From: the human T2T-CHM13v2.0 reference genome, Homo sapiens
DNA length: 64,000 bases
Strand: one strand, 5' to 3'
Assembly: GCF_009914755.1 (NCBI RefSeq)
Contig: NC_060927.1
The notes beneath the pieces were generated by a model that was given only the letters and a program-made list of their open reading frames with translations, was not told the DNA's origin and did no database searches. The position numbers and the translations under genes were made by a program. This document shows, in pieces, positions 1 to 23,914 of the stretch (the first letter of the stretch is position 1; the number at the start of each line of letters is the position of its first letter).

Positions 1-361
1 AAGGCAGGCAGATAACTACAGGCCAGGAGTTCAAGACCAGCCTGGCCAACATGGTAAAACCCTGTCTCTACTAAAAATACAAAAATTAGCTGGGCATGGT
101 GGTGGGAGCTTGTAGTCCCAGCTGCTCGGGAGGCTGAGGCATCAGTCACTTGAACCCGGGAGGTGGGGGTGCAGTGAGCTGAGATCGCACCATTGCACTC
201 CAACCTTGGCAAGAGAGTAAGACTCCGTCACAGGGAAAAAAAAAAAAGAAAAAAAAATTCTGGACACAACTTGTCAGACATGGATTACAAATCTCTTCTC
301 TCACTGTATGGCTTATGGCTTGTCTTCACTCACTGGTGAACAGACATTCTTTTTTTTTTGA

Positions 362-520
<159 letters not shown>

Positions 521-576
521 TAGTAGAGACAGGGTTTCTCCATGTTGGTCAGGCTGGTCTCAAACTCTCAACCTCA

Positions 577-750
<174 letters not shown>

Positions 751-809
751 TCAAGCAATGCTCCCACCTCAGCCTGTCAGGTAGCTGGGACTACAGGCAC
801 TCACCATTG

Positions 810-940
810 TGCTTAATCCCATCTGCAAAGTCCCTTTTGCCATGTCACCTGACATAATGACAGATTCTGAAACAGATTCTGGGAATTAGGATATGGATAT
901 CTCAGGGTGAAGATGAGCACAGCTATGCCTACCACAGCTA
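810..940. mobile_element. MLT1-type LTR fragment
   Basis: taatcccatctgcaaagtcccttttgccatgt...acagattctgggaattaggatatggatatct...gcctaccaca. Confidence 0.6.
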
Positions 941-2076
941 TTTTATTTATCTTGTCAACAACTGGCAACCGGGGTTTCTTAAACTGGAGTCCATGACTGG
1001 ACTTCAGGGGTTCTAACAGTTCTTCTCTTAAGAACTCATAGTTTTCATGGTTCTCAAATGACCTAGGAGCCCACTACTATGTAATGGTCACAGTCCAAGG
1101 CCTGACAGAGGGAAAAGGACAGAGCGCAACATTATTCCCATAACTACTGGAACACAGATATAATTTCCAAAACTTATACCATAACGAAAATTAATCACTT
1201 CTTTATCTCCCTAAGAACATGCACAGTTCCACATACCACATGAACATCTCTTGAAACAGATGTGTCCTTAGTCCAAGTTTTGTAGCTGAACAATTCACCC
1301 AGCAAGCTCCCAGGGCAACAATGAGTAACAGGCCACTGGGCAGAAACAGGTAGAATCAAGCTATCACTTTTTTTTTGTTTTTGTTTTTTTTGGGTCAGAG
1401 TCTTGCACTGTCACCTAGGCTGGAGTATAATGGTGCGATCTCAGCTCACTGCAGCCTTCACCTCCTGGATTCAAGCGACTCTTGAGCCTCAGCCTCCCGA
1501 GTAGCTGAGATTACAGGTACCTGCCACCATGCCTAGCTAATTTTTGTATTTTTAGTAGAGACAGGGTTTTACCATGTTGACCAGGCTGGGCTCGAACTCC
1601 TGGCCTCAGGTGAGCCACCTCCCACGGCCTCTCAAAGTGCTGAGCTTACAGGCATGAGCCACCATGCTCAGGCCTCAACTATCACTTTTAAGTCATATAA
1701 AACCCCATGCCTTAGCCTTCCTCTTATCCATCGAGGCCTCTAACTACATGTGGAGAAAATAAAAGCGTGACAAAAACAAAGCAACCTCCTGGTAGAGCAG
1801 CAACCTTAGACTTGATCCCTCATATCCCTTCCTCCTTTTCTCATTCTCCACGAGCAGAGGCTCGCCACCTTGCTGAGATATCCTGACAGGCTTCCCTTAG
1901 ATGCTGCCCTGCTACCAAAAGCCACGGTCTTCATCCAGAAGCATGAACTCTGGATATACAAAATAGGCATTGTTCATCTGAATCAGAACAATTTTTCTTA
2001 GTACAAGTACTGCCTTAGGAAAGACTGTCTCTTTTGCACATGTGAGCCTACAACAAGGGAGAAAAAATTCACTTAC

Positions 2077-2138
2077 TTTGACTGCAAGGTCTGCCTGGGC
2101 CATGTGCCATCTTCATTTTGAGGCTCAATTACTAGCAC
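2077..2138 (-). CDS. USP4: USP4 coding exon 6 (62 nt; [21 protein letters not shown]), end of first UBL domain; gene continues beyond left edge
   Basis: Acceptor ctcag|GTG at 2138 and donor AAA|gtaagt at 2077. The frame continues from exon 5 (cumulative CDS 695 nt). Peptide recognised as USP4. Confidence 0.95.
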
Positions 2139-2268
2139 CTGAGTGAAAGGGGAAACCAAATGAGGAGAGTTCAAACCACCGCACTTCCAACATGCTTAGA
2201 AGCAAAAAGTATCTGGCCACACACCCTGGGCAGAGCTACCTGCTGGGGAATGGCCAGGGCCCTCCTAC

Positions 2269-2414
2269 CTGACCCTGGTATAGCCCAGCATCCTGGACAG
2301 TGTTGTCTAGCTTGCTCAACTGCTCGTAGGTGTTGCTCATGTATTTGTTCCAGAGCCGTGTTTCACGCTCCGCAGGGATGTTGAATAGCTTCCGCATCTC
2401 TTTCTCGATGGTTG
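2269..2414 (-). CDS. USP4: USP4 coding exon 5 (146 nt; [49 protein letters not shown]), UBL domain
   Basis: ctag|CAA acceptor and CAG|gtagga donor. Phase 1 in, phase 0 out (cumulative 633 nt). Confidence 0.96.
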
Positions 2415-3093
2415 CTAGGAACAGGCAGAAATATCACTTGGGGCTTTGTCCACATGCAAGGCTAAAGACAGCCATGGCAAACTAATGCTCATCCTCTTTC
2501 TTGTCAGATGCTCACAGGTGCTCTGGATCAACCCCCTGATACCTCTTAAAATCAATCATCTCCCATGGGTGGCCTCTTGCACTCATATGCCTGGAAAGTA
2601 TCCCTATGCTTCTTTGCTAACGTGTGTCTCTCATTTATGGCGCAAAAGCAACATAGAAAGCGAGAAAGCTTATCTTTGGAGTTAACTCAGATATGGCTTC
2701 AAAAGCTAGCTCCACCATTTTCTGGCTGCGATTTGTTTTTTTTTTTAAGAGACAGGATCTTGCTCTGATGCCCAGGCTGCAGTGCAGTGGTGGGATCGTA
2801 GCTCACTGTAAACCTTGCTGAGATTTTTAAATAGGTTATTTTTAAACTTCTTTGGATCTACATTTCCTTATCTTCATTATCATAGACAAATGGGCAAGGA
2901 GCAGGCCCAGTGTTCTCTCCATAAGAATTCCTGGAGGAATAGGCCCCCAGGTCAGGACTGGCAACTACAGCTCGAGATGATTTGGGTAACAAATCTAAAG
3001 AGGGCATATAAAATAATGCCCTCTTCCCTCCCATCAGCCACAATGTCCTACACTCTCTCACCACATACCAGGGACCCCAGCCCAGCCTCTCAC

Positions 3094-3220
3094 CAATGGT
3101 GTCTGCCTTGCTGAAATGGCAACTCAGCACATTGGTGGGGTCACTGTTCTCACAGAGCTTCAGTTCCAGCAAATACACCTCGACTTTGCAGTGCTTGACA
3201 AACAGGCCATGCTCCACAAC
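3094..3220 (-). CDS. USP4: USP4 coding exon 4 (127 nt; [42 protein letters not shown]), DUSP-UBL linker
   Basis: catag|GTT acceptor and TTG|gtgaga donor. Matches part of ORF 2858..3217 (cumulative 487 nt). Confidence 0.96.
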
Positions 3221-3372
3221 CTATGAACAAGAGGCAGGGGTGAGGGCATAGCGGTTTTGCAGCTGGGCAGTCTTGGATGTAGCATATCTTATCAGAAGCA
3301 AAAAGCAGAAAACTCATGATAATCCATTTCCTTTACTGATCAAGGGATCAAAAGAACAGATTTTTAAAGCTA

Positions 3373-3727
<355 letters not shown>

Positions 3728-3757
3728 CTAAGACCAAGAGCATCTTGATGATATTAG

Positions 3758-4050
<293 letters not shown>

Positions 4051-4053
4051 TGA

Positions 4054-4312
<259 letters not shown>

Positions 4313-4801
4313 TGATCCACCCGCCTCAACCTCCCAAAGTGCTGGGATTACAGATGTGAGCCACTGCGCCTAGCTCAAAGACTCTTAAGCATAGAGGGAA
4401 AAGCAGTATCATAAAGGTTTTTTAAGATAAACAAGATGCAGGACATTAGCTATATGTCCATATGCCCCCAGTGAACTTTCTCTCATAGAATTTTCCAGAA
4501 AGTTCTCTCACAGCGCTGCTGGGCACATTCCAAGCCACTGGGCAGCTCTGATGTTTAGAGGCCACTCATGATAATATTCTGGGTGAGCAACTTCACTCAC
4601 AACCACAATTTCCTAAAGAGAACCAGAAACAGGCTGGGCGTAGTGGCTCACGCCTGTAATCCCACCACTTTGGGGGGCCGAGTCGGGCGGATCACAAGGT
4701 CAAGAGTTTGAGACCAGACTGGCCAACATGGCGAAACCCCGTCTCTACTAAAAATACAAAAATTGGCCAGGCATAGTGAAAGGCGCCTGTAATCCCAGCT
4801 A

Positions 4802-4943
<142 letters not shown>

Positions 4944-5061
4944 TCAAGCACCACTATTCAACCACTGAGGTATGTTCATTTTCCTAGCAAACACTAGTCA
5001 GTGTCCAACAGAAAGCACCTGCAGACAGTGACCAGCAGGTGGGACAATTCACATAACTCAC

Positions 5062-5192
5062 TTTTCTGACGATGGGTTGCTGGCCTTCTACACAGCCGTA
5101 CCAGTTTAGTAGTTTATTCCACGCCTCGGTAGGGACCAATACATAGTCCAATTCATCAATTAAGTGTTCTTTCAAGGTCTGACTCTCAGGAT
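5062..5192 (-). CDS. USP4: USP4 coding exon 3 (131 nt; [44 protein letters not shown]), DUSP domain
   Basis: ttttag|ATC acceptor and AAA|gtgagt donor (cumulative 360 nt). Typical DUSP DY.LVP..AW..L..WYG motif. Confidence 0.97.
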
Positions 5193-5415
5193 CTAAAAAA
5201 GGAAAAGAGCATATAAGTCACTGCTCTTTACCCCAGAAATGATGGTTTTACATGATTTCCATGTACTTTTCAGAAATAAGAAAATTATTTACAGAAAGAA
5301 ACAGGAATGAAATTCCAAAATTCTGTCACTGGTCATTATACAGAGCAGACTTTTGTCTTTATCCATGTTTTCTCTTTATCCATGAAGATTTTATGAGGAA
5401 TTTGTATTTCTTCTA

Positions 5416-11637
<6,222 letters not shown>

Positions 11638-12043
11638 AATTTAAAACCTTAAGAATTCTCCATTTCATAAAAATGAGAAAAAGAACAAAATGTGAACATA
11701 ATGAAATGATTCCTTAGGGCAACTTCGTGGCATAGTGCCACCATTTGACCTATTTCAGGAAACAAAGTAAATGATATTGTTTATACCATGTAGACCTCTC
11801 CTAAAACAAGGTCTGAGCTGAAGCATTGCTCAGTTTTAAAAATATCCAAGTTAGGCCAGGCACAGTGGCTCACACCAACACTCTGGGAAGCCAAGGTGGG
11901 AGGATGGCTTGAGGCCAGGAGTTCAACCAGCCTGGGCAACATAGCAAGACCCCGTCTCTACCAAAAAACTTAAAAAACAGCTGAGAGTGGTAGAACACTG
12001 TAGTCTCAGTGACTAAGGAGGCTGAGGCAGGAAGATAGCTTGA

Positions 12044-12208
<165 letters not shown>

Positions 12209-12847
12209 TGACACCCATGACAGATCACCTCTATCATGACTTTAAAGAGGTCTGAAGTCAGGCAAAAGAAAGCCTGGGAAAAGCTGACTCTGTCATCTCA
12301 GTGCATGTACAAGTGCAAGCAAGCTCTAGTGTGTTACATGTCGCTTTTCCCACAGTTCCCATTGGGAGCTGACTACAGTCATAACTCTGTCTACTGACCT
12401 TCAACCTCTCCTCACACTAGTTATATGATAAAAACAGCCATCACAGGAATTCTTGATGAAAGTTCACAGGTTTACAATTTGTTCCACTGCAAAGGTAACA
12501 AAAAATTCTGGTTCTTAAATTTTAGATACAATTTCAAAATGACATCCTATTTCTTTCCATTCCATATACTAACTTAAAATGTGAAATAGCTAGCAGAACT
12601 AATTTGCAAAGAGAGAAAGTTAAAATGTTAGAAGCATACTCTTATCAGATGCAGTTAATTTAAGGGAAAAAAGTAGCTTAACTTCTCATTAAGGGTTTGC
12701 AAAGACTTCTGCTATAGATGCAAAATGAGGATACTTGTTTCTATCTCCTCACACTAGGAAAGTTCACAACGTCCATGTTACAGATGCACATAACATCAGG
12801 CCACTGCCCAGGTGAATGTTTAGCTAGAAAAGCAACATTTACTATAC

Positions 12848-12975
12848 CTGAAAATAGCCCAGAGTTGTCTATTGGGCCAGGAAATAGGTTATGTTCACCC
12901 ACATTGTACATGTCCCAGCTGTCAAAGCCCACATACTTCTTCCACTGCTTGAACCACCGGCTGTCAATAAGATAC
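12848..12975 (-). CDS. USP4: USP4 coding exon 2 (128 nt; [42 protein letters not shown]), DUSP domain
   Basis: ctctag|GTA acceptor and CAG|gtatag donor. DUSP W-x-x-W and PGPIDNS motifs (cumulative 229 nt). Confidence 0.97.
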
Positions 12976-13198
12976 CTAGAGAGAGACAGAAATTTACTGT
13001 AGCAGAAAAGCTGAGATTATAAATTTCTGCAGCTGCTTCCTTAATCTTTTTTATGGTCCTTCCACTTGGGGCATATGCAATACCCACTAAAAAACACTGT
13101 CACAAGAGCAAGAGCAGGGCCCAGGCCCCACATGGCACAGAGAGTCTGGCCCAGGGTATGCATCCATTAAGTGAAATGATTGTTCAAAGAGTGAATAA

Positions 13199-13366
<168 letters not shown>

Positions 13367-13369
13367 TGA

Positions 13370-13965
<596 letters not shown>

Positions 13966-14400
13966 TGATCTCGGCTCTCCGCAACCTCCGCCTCCCGGGT
14001 TCAAGTGATTCTCCTGCCTCAGTCTCCCGTAGCTGGGATTACAGGTGTGTGCCACCACACCTGGCTAATTTTGTATTTTTAGTAGAGACAGGGTTTCTCC
14101 ATGTTGGTCAGGACAGTCTCAAACTCCCTACCTCAGGTAATCTGCCCACCTCGGCCTCCCAAAGTGCTGTGATTACAGGCGTGAGCCACCGCACCCGGCC
14201 ACAAGTCATTAATTTCATAATGATCTTTACAGAAGTCCCACTCCAGGCAGACAGTTTGGTTACACTGTTTTGCTTGACATGAACAGCACTAAACTAATGC
14301 TCTTTCTGAAAATGGGTTAGAAACACCACCCACTTCAGTTTTCCTTTAAGGACCAAAGGAGTTCCAAAAATGTACACACAAGGCCAGGCGCAGTGGCTCA

Positions 14401-14733
<333 letters not shown>

Positions 14734-15163
14734 TCATCTTGTCAAAAAGCATTAATTTGTGCTTCATATTCAACTTACCACTTTTTTACTTAAATGTAAG
14801 CAAATGTGGTATTTTATTTACCTATTTATTTCCTTAGAGAGAGGGTCACCCAGGCTAGAGTGCAGTGGCACAATCATAGCTCTCTGTAGCCTCAAACTCC
14901 TGGGCTCAAGTGATCCTCCTGCCTCAGCCTCTGAGTAGCTGTGACTATAGGCACATACCACCATGCCTGGCTAATTTATTTTTTTATTTTTATTTTGTAG
15001 AGGCTAGCTCTTGCTATGTTGCCCAGGCTGGTCTTGAACTCCTGGCCTCAAGTGATCCTCCTGCCTCAGCTTCCCAAAGTGCTGGGATTACAGGCATGAG
15101 CCACTGCACCAGACCTGTTTATATTTTTAAAGTATCACTGTGCTGGCCGGGAGCGGTGGCTCA

Positions 15164-15456
<293 letters not shown>

Positions 15457-16040
15457 CTATGCTGTTTTACAATTAAAACAATCTCTGTGGAGCAACAAAG
15501 CATCAACAATTATATTGGTGCATCCTTAAAATTTTATAACCAACAAATGTGAGAGGAGGTCAGGCAGCTTCCCAGAGGTCACAAGGATCCATAAACACAT
15601 CCATCTCTAAAATGCTATTTTTCTTCCAAATCCCTTGAGCAATACCTTCCATACAATTTTACTGTATGATTTTAGTCTATCTTAAACTTCCTCTACTTCT
15701 GCTGAGTATTCTTTATGAACCCTATAGAGGTTAACTTAAAAAGTACCTCTGCTAGGCCGGGCGCAGTAGCTTCCGCCTGTAATCCCAGCACTTTGGGAGG
15801 CCACAGCGGGCGATCACCTGAGATCTGGAATTCGAGACCAGCCTGACCAAAATGGAGAAACCCCGTCTCTACTAAAAATACAAAAAAAATTAGCCGGCCG
15901 TGGTGGCGCATGCCTGTAATCCTAGCTACTGGGGAGGCTGAGGCAGGAGAATCGCTTGAACATGGGAGGGGGAGGTTGCCGTGACCCGAGATCGCGCCAT
16001 TGCCCTCCAGCATGGGCAACAAGAGCGAAATTCCTTCTCA

Positions 16041-16077
<37 letters not shown>

Positions 16078-16226
16078 CACAAAAAAAGTACCTCTGTTTA
16101 CCCTGCCTTTCACAAACTGGTTAGCTCAAGGTGAATACATAAGCTGTTATCTGTACTCCTCCTAACCCCAATTTTTCTATTCTCCTGCTCAATTCCTCGG
16201 CAGATCATCACCACAATGATTTCTTA

Positions 16227-16605
<379 letters not shown>

Positions 16606-16999
16606 TTACACCACCCAGGAATCTCTCCAGTAGTACAAAGTATTGTCCCCTCTACTAAACAATCTATTAAGATGCCTAATAACTCAGCCTGGGTCTTCTA
16701 AATTCTGGACCCTTCATCTTCTATCTAGCTCCAGGACCTAGGCTATCCTCCTCTCCCACTCCAAGACACTGCTGCCGCAAATATTTTTGACACTTGCTAC
16801 CAAAATAATCGGGGTTCTCAGACATTTGTTCAGCTTCTGACCTTGACATCTGTTGGCAGTTTACAAGTTACAAAGTATCTACTTCTGATTTTCCCCTCAA
16901 CCCACTGAGGTCGGTGAGCCAAATATTGCTATCCTGGTTTTAACAGTGAGGAATCCAGGTCTGTGACACCTTCGCCCAAGGTCACACGGCGAGTCCTCA

Positions 17000-17950
17000 T
17001 GGTAAAGGGCTCTCCCCACCCTTAGGGTCCCCACCAACCTTCCCCTTCTCCACATCCCTCCTCCTGGCCCCCGCCGGGCCCGCCCCCTAGGGCTCCAAAT
17101 GAACTGAGACGACACTCAGGCCCCGCCTGCGCTTTCCCAGAGCTGATCCTGGAGTTATTCTCCTGAGGGGCAGGTGTCAGGCTACTCTTCCAGGGTCACT
17201 ACATACCATCCCCGCCCAGCCCCTACTCTAGCCGAGAAAAAGGAGGCCCCTTTTTCTCGGCCCCTGGTTCTGCATAGAGGAAGAGCGAGCCGGGAGCTCA
17301 CCACTGCGCCCCGCGTTGGAGTGTGGTCCTCATTAAGGGTCCAAGCTCGGACTTCTGAGTCTCCGCATCCGGTCGCTCACGGCAGCCTCCACCTTCCGCC
17401 ATCTCCTCCGCGGCCCCGGCCCAGCCGGCCCGGACATCCGCCCCGCGCGCGGCGTGCTATAGACCGCGCCCACGCACGCACGCTCGCGTGCCCGCCCCTG
17501 CCCCACCTCGAGCCGCGGCCTTCGGCTCCTGCAGCCGCTGTCTTTTCTCCCCTCCGCTCTCGCGCCACCTAGCTCACCGGCGAACAGTGGAGCGGAAAGG
17601 CACACGCGAGAGGGGTGGGCGGGGAGCAGCAGCTGCTACTTCCTCCCGCCCTGCCGCCCGCTACGCGGCCTTCGGGCGCCCCTTCCTCTGCTCAGGATGG
17701 CGCTACACTTCGAAGCTCTGTTCAGCCCGCCGATCTCAGGGAGTTAGGCAGCAAGCCCACGACCCATCGGGCACCCCAGCCTGGCCTTCGAGGTTATCGT
17801 GGTCCTAAATAAATGCAGGCCAGGTGCGAGAAGCCCGGTAGTTAGGTCTGCTCATTCTCACCCCTGCAATTCCGCTTTCAGCTGGAGGCCTTAGGCGAGT
17901 CAGCTGCCCAAACGTGGGATCGGGGCTCCTGCTCCAGCGGCCCTACAGGG
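17000..17950. promoter_or_regulatory. CpG-island promoter of USP4
   Basis: Sharp rise in GC and CpG content, GC boxes (ccgccc), and a YY1-like gATGGCG at about 17696-17702. Boundaries approximate. Confidence 0.88.
17302..17402 (-). CDS. USP4: USP4 exon 1 coding part (101 nt; [34 protein letters not shown]); ubiquitin carboxyl-terminal hydrolase 4
   Basis: ATG at 17402-17400 in strong Kozak context (gagATGG) and donor GTG|gtgagc. Lies in a CpG island, and its phase 2 matches exon 2. Confidence 0.96.
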
Positions 17951-18569
17951 ATTTCGGGAAGTACCATGTGCACCAGCGCCTTGGGACCAAGACTCAATGG
18001 TGTGTTGTAGTCATTAACAGTCGCCTTAAACAATCGACGCCAGAGCCACCTGGCCCACCGCAGAATTCCGTCAGCTCTTCATACTGAGCTACTTGCCAAG
18101 CAGCCACAGAGGGGCGATAGCAACAGGGGAAGGAGAGGTACTCCACATTAGTTACCCAGGCGTGTACTTAGTTCCTGGAACAAGATACAACGTCCTGAAC
18201 ACTATGTTTTCCAGTCGCCCCGCTCACACACACAACCCTCCTCTTGGAGGGAGAAGTAAACCCAGAGGAAAGAGGAAGTCAGGCAGTTGGTCTAGATGCG
18301 TCTCCATACACTTGTCTAACAGTCCTTGTCCTCAGAGAAAAATAAGACCTAGTTCCTGCCCTCATAGAATCTAGTAGAAAAGAAGAGATGTTACAGAAAT
18401 AACCTCAATGCCTAGCAGTATGTGGTAAGTGCCATTAAAGTGTGTGAACCAGGCCGGGCGCGGTGGTTCAAGCCTGTCGTCCCAGCACTTTGGGAGGCTG
18501 AGGCGGAAGGATAGGTTCAGCCCAGGAGTTAGAGACCAACCTCGGCAACATAGCGAAATCCCGTCTCTA

Positions 18570-18830
<261 letters not shown>

Positions 18831-19009
18831 TCACCTGAGGTCGGGCATTCGAGACCAGCCTGACCAACGTGGAGACCGAAATGTCTTAAAAAAAAAAAAA
18901 AAAAAAAAGACCGGGCGTCCGGCGCGGTGGTTCATGTTTGTAATCCTAGGACTTTGGGAGGCCGAGGCGGGCAGATCACGAGGTTAGGAGTTCGAGACCA
19001 GCGTGGCTA

Positions 19010-19261
<252 letters not shown>

Positions 19262-20040
19262 TCATAGGAAGCCTTTGACTTGAGTAACATTTGAGTGTGG
19301 TATTGAAAAAAAATGCTGGCAGAATAAAGATGAGGATGCATGTTACAGGAGGGGAGACTCAAGGGACCAGAAGATAATTTCTGGAAAAGGCAGGACAGGA
19401 TCAGAGAGTGGGGATTAGGCCAGTTGAGGCGGGCACTACAACGCTACAACAGCCTAAGGGGATCTAAAGCTAGAAAGGAGGCCAGACAGACCATATATCC
19501 TGCCTTAAAAGGCAGGCAGGCATTATAGGAAGTTTTGAAGCAGAGACAAAATGGCTGAGGGTGCTTCACGCCCACGGTGGTGTAACTCAGACACAGAACC
19601 ATTAGGAACCTCTCACTATGGAGGTGGCTGTGAGGGAGAAGAGGAGAAACAGAGAAGCCATGTCTATTTTATTTTATTATTCTTATTTTTCTACCTATTC
19701 CTGTTGAAAAGATGAGCTATGTTTTGTGTCGGGGGTGAAGGAAGGGGAACTGGCCCAGTGAAAATACGGTAGGTCATTTGAACAGATTTACTATTTTTAT
19801 GTTGGGTTTGGCCAATTGAAATTAATTTGCACTCCCTGGGTCATCCATCACACACCATCTGATAAGAAAGGCCTCTTGGCAATTGGGTAGATAGTAGGAG
19901 AAAGTAAATATGGAATTAAAACTGCCTTAAATAACCACATAGTAATTAATCCCCTGTAGATAAGAGTTACCACCACCACATGATGATTCTACATCTGCAG
20001 AGCCAACCCTAACAAGTCCCCTTCTATGAAAGTTCTTTGA

Positions 20041-20184
<144 letters not shown>

Positions 20185-21699
20185 TGAGTAGCTAGAATTA
20201 CAGGTGTGCGCCACCACGCCTGGCTAATTTTTGTATTTTTAGTAGAGATGGGGTTTCACCATGTTGGGCAGGCTGGTCTCAAACTCCTGACCTCATGATC
20301 CACTGGCCTCAGCCTCCCAAAGTGCTGGGATTAAAGGTGTGAGGCACCGTGCCCGGCTGAAACTCTTAAAAATGTTATCAAAAAAGAAACACTACCTTTA
20401 GTCCTGTTATTTATGGAAAAAGAAAGTTGAGGCCAGGCGTGGTGGCTCACGCCTGTAATCCCAGCACTTTGGCTTTGGAAAGCCAAGGCAGGCGGATCGC
20501 CTGAGGTCAGGAGTTCGAGACCAGCCTGGCCAATGTGGTGAAACCCTGTCTCTACTAAAAATGCAAAAATTAATTGGGCATGGTGGCGAGCACCTGTAAT
20601 CCCAGCTACTCAGGAGGCTAAGGTAGGAGAATCACTTGAAACTGGGAGATGGAGGTAGCAGTGAGTCAAGATCGCACTACTGCACTCCAGGCTGGGTGAC
20701 AGAGAGAGACTCTGTCTCAAAAAAAAAAAAAAGTTGGTTACTGACATCGGTTCAGAATCTACATTTCAGGGTGTCTGCTTCCCTCTTCTTTTTTTAGCAG
20801 TTTCACCAAACCATTTATGGCAGTCTTAAGGAAGACAAGTAGGACAAGTCCTCAGCACCACTAGAAAAGGGGACAAAACCTAATTATAAAAATGAAAAAT
20901 TTGGACAATATTTTTAAGTCAGGAATTTAGTGCTTTTAATAGCTATAAAAATAGCGCACTAATTATTGGTAGCCCTTAAAAATTAATATTAGGATTGCAA
21001 AATATTCTTCTTGATATCTGGGTATTTGGAGGGAAAAAAAGAAAAATAAATAAATAAAAGATTACAAAATGCTGGTAGTTGAAATGTGAAGAATAAAGTG
21101 AATTCCATAGTTGGAAGATCACCTTTTTTTTTTTTTTTTTTTTTTTTTGAGACAGAGTCTTTGTTGCCCAGGCTAAAGTGCAGTGGTATAATCATGGCTC
21201 ACTTGCAGCCTCGACCTATTGGGCTCAAGTGATCCTCCTACCTCAGCCTCCCAAATAGCTGGGACTACTGGTCTGCATCACCATGCCTAGCTAACCAGAC
21301 TACTGGTCTGCATCACCATACCTAGCTAATTTTCATATTTTTAGTATAGATGGAGTTTCACCATGTTGCCCAGGCTGGTCTTGAACTCCTGGCCTCAAGT
21401 GATCCTCCGCCTCCCAAGTGCTGGGATTGCAGTCATGCGCCACCGTGCCCGGACTACAAGGTCACCATTATTTACAAAGTCTTTAAACTTTGTTAGCCAG
21501 TTTGTTTGATTTAAATGGTGGGGGTGGCCGGGCGCAGTGGCTCATGCCTGTAATCCCAGCACTTTAGGAGGCCAAGGCAGTCGGATCAGGAGGTCAGGAG
21601 TTCGAGACCAGCCTGACCAACATGGTGAAACCCCATCTCTACTAAAAATACAAAAATTATCTGGGCGTGGTGGCATGGGCCTGTAATCCCAGCTACTCA

Positions 21700-21804
<105 letters not shown>

Positions 21805-21808
21805 TCAA

Positions 21809-21843
<35 letters not shown>

Positions 21844-22206
21844 ATGGTGGGGTTTTTTTTTTTGTTTTGTTTTTGAGACAGGGTCTCATTCTGTCATCCC
21901 CGCTGCAGTGCAGTGGCACAATCTTGGCTCACTGCAACTTCTGCCCTGTTCCCCAGGGCTCAAGCACTCTGTCCACCTCTGCCTCCCAAAGTGTTGAGAT
22001 TACACGTGTGAGCCACCACGCTGAGCCGTTTTTTTTTTTGTTTTGTTTTGTTTTTTGAGACAGAATCTCATTCTGTAGTCACAACTACTTAGGAGGCAAA
22101 AAAACCAGGGCCAGGCACGGCTCACTCCTGCAATCCCAGCACTTTGGTAGGCTGAGGTGGGCAGGTCACTTGAGGTCAGGAATTTGAGACCAGCCTGGCC
22201 AACCTA

Positions 22207-22386
<180 letters not shown>

Positions 22387-23365
22387 TCAAAAAAAGGAAA
22401 AAAAAATTTAAAAATTTAAAATAAAACAATTAGCCTGGCATGGTGACGTGCACCTGTAATCCCAGCTATTAAGTAGGCCAAGGTGGGAGGATCTTTTTAG
22501 CCCAGGAGTTTGAAGTTGCAGAGAGCTGTGATCCTATGATCGTGCCACTGCACTCCAGCCTGGGTGACAGAGCAAGATCCTGTCTCAAAAATAAAACAAA
22601 AAAGAGAACTGGAAACAATGAACATCTGCCTGCGTGTTCCTGTTGTGGTAGTGACCTAGGGACTTGGGAGGAAATGACAAGGGTGACTGATTCAGCTCAG
22701 AGACATCTTGGCACCAGAGCTGTGTTCTATGTTGAGCCACTTTATCCTAGAGAGAACCATAGGCCCGGTAGGACACCAAGATCCCAGAAGTGGACAATCC
22801 ATCCATTACCAGAGGACCTTGGGCCACAAGAACAGAAGAGAAACCAGGAAGGGAGCTAGAAGAAAACCTGGCTTATTGGTCACATACTAGTTGATCTTGG
22901 ACTGTGATGTCTAATTAAAGATTCATAATGTTGGCCGGGCGCGGTGGCTTACGCTTGTAATCCCAGCACTTTGGAAGGCCGAGAAGGGCGGATCACGAGG
23001 TCAGGAGATCGAGATCATCCTGGCTAACACGGTGAAACCCCGTCTCTACTAAAAATACAAAAAATTAGCCGGGCGTGGTGGTGGGTGCCTGTAGTCCCAG
23101 CTACTCAGGAGGCTGAGGCAGGAGAATGGCGTGAACCCGGGAGGCGGAGCTGGCACTGAGCCAAGATTGCGCCACTGCACTCCAGCCTGGGTGACAGAGC
23201 GAGACCCTATCTCAAAAAAAAAAAAAAAAAAAAGATTCATAATGTCAGGCCGGGCACGGTGGCTCACACCTGTAATCCCAGTACTTTGGGAGGCCGAGGC
23301 AGGTGGTTCACCTGAGGTCAGGAGTTTGAGACCAGCTTGACCAACATGGTGAAACCCCATCTCTA

Positions 23366-23914
<549 letters not shown>

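Noticed and set aside
17174-17812. Several overlapping Arg/Pro/Ala-rich ORFs on both strands at the USP4 promoter
   Set aside because: Expected stop-codon scarcity in a CpG island, mostly GTG starts, with no recognisable protein features.
21263-21329. 35-bp tandem duplication inside an Alu
   Set aside because: Ordinary slippage or repair duplication with no functional indication.
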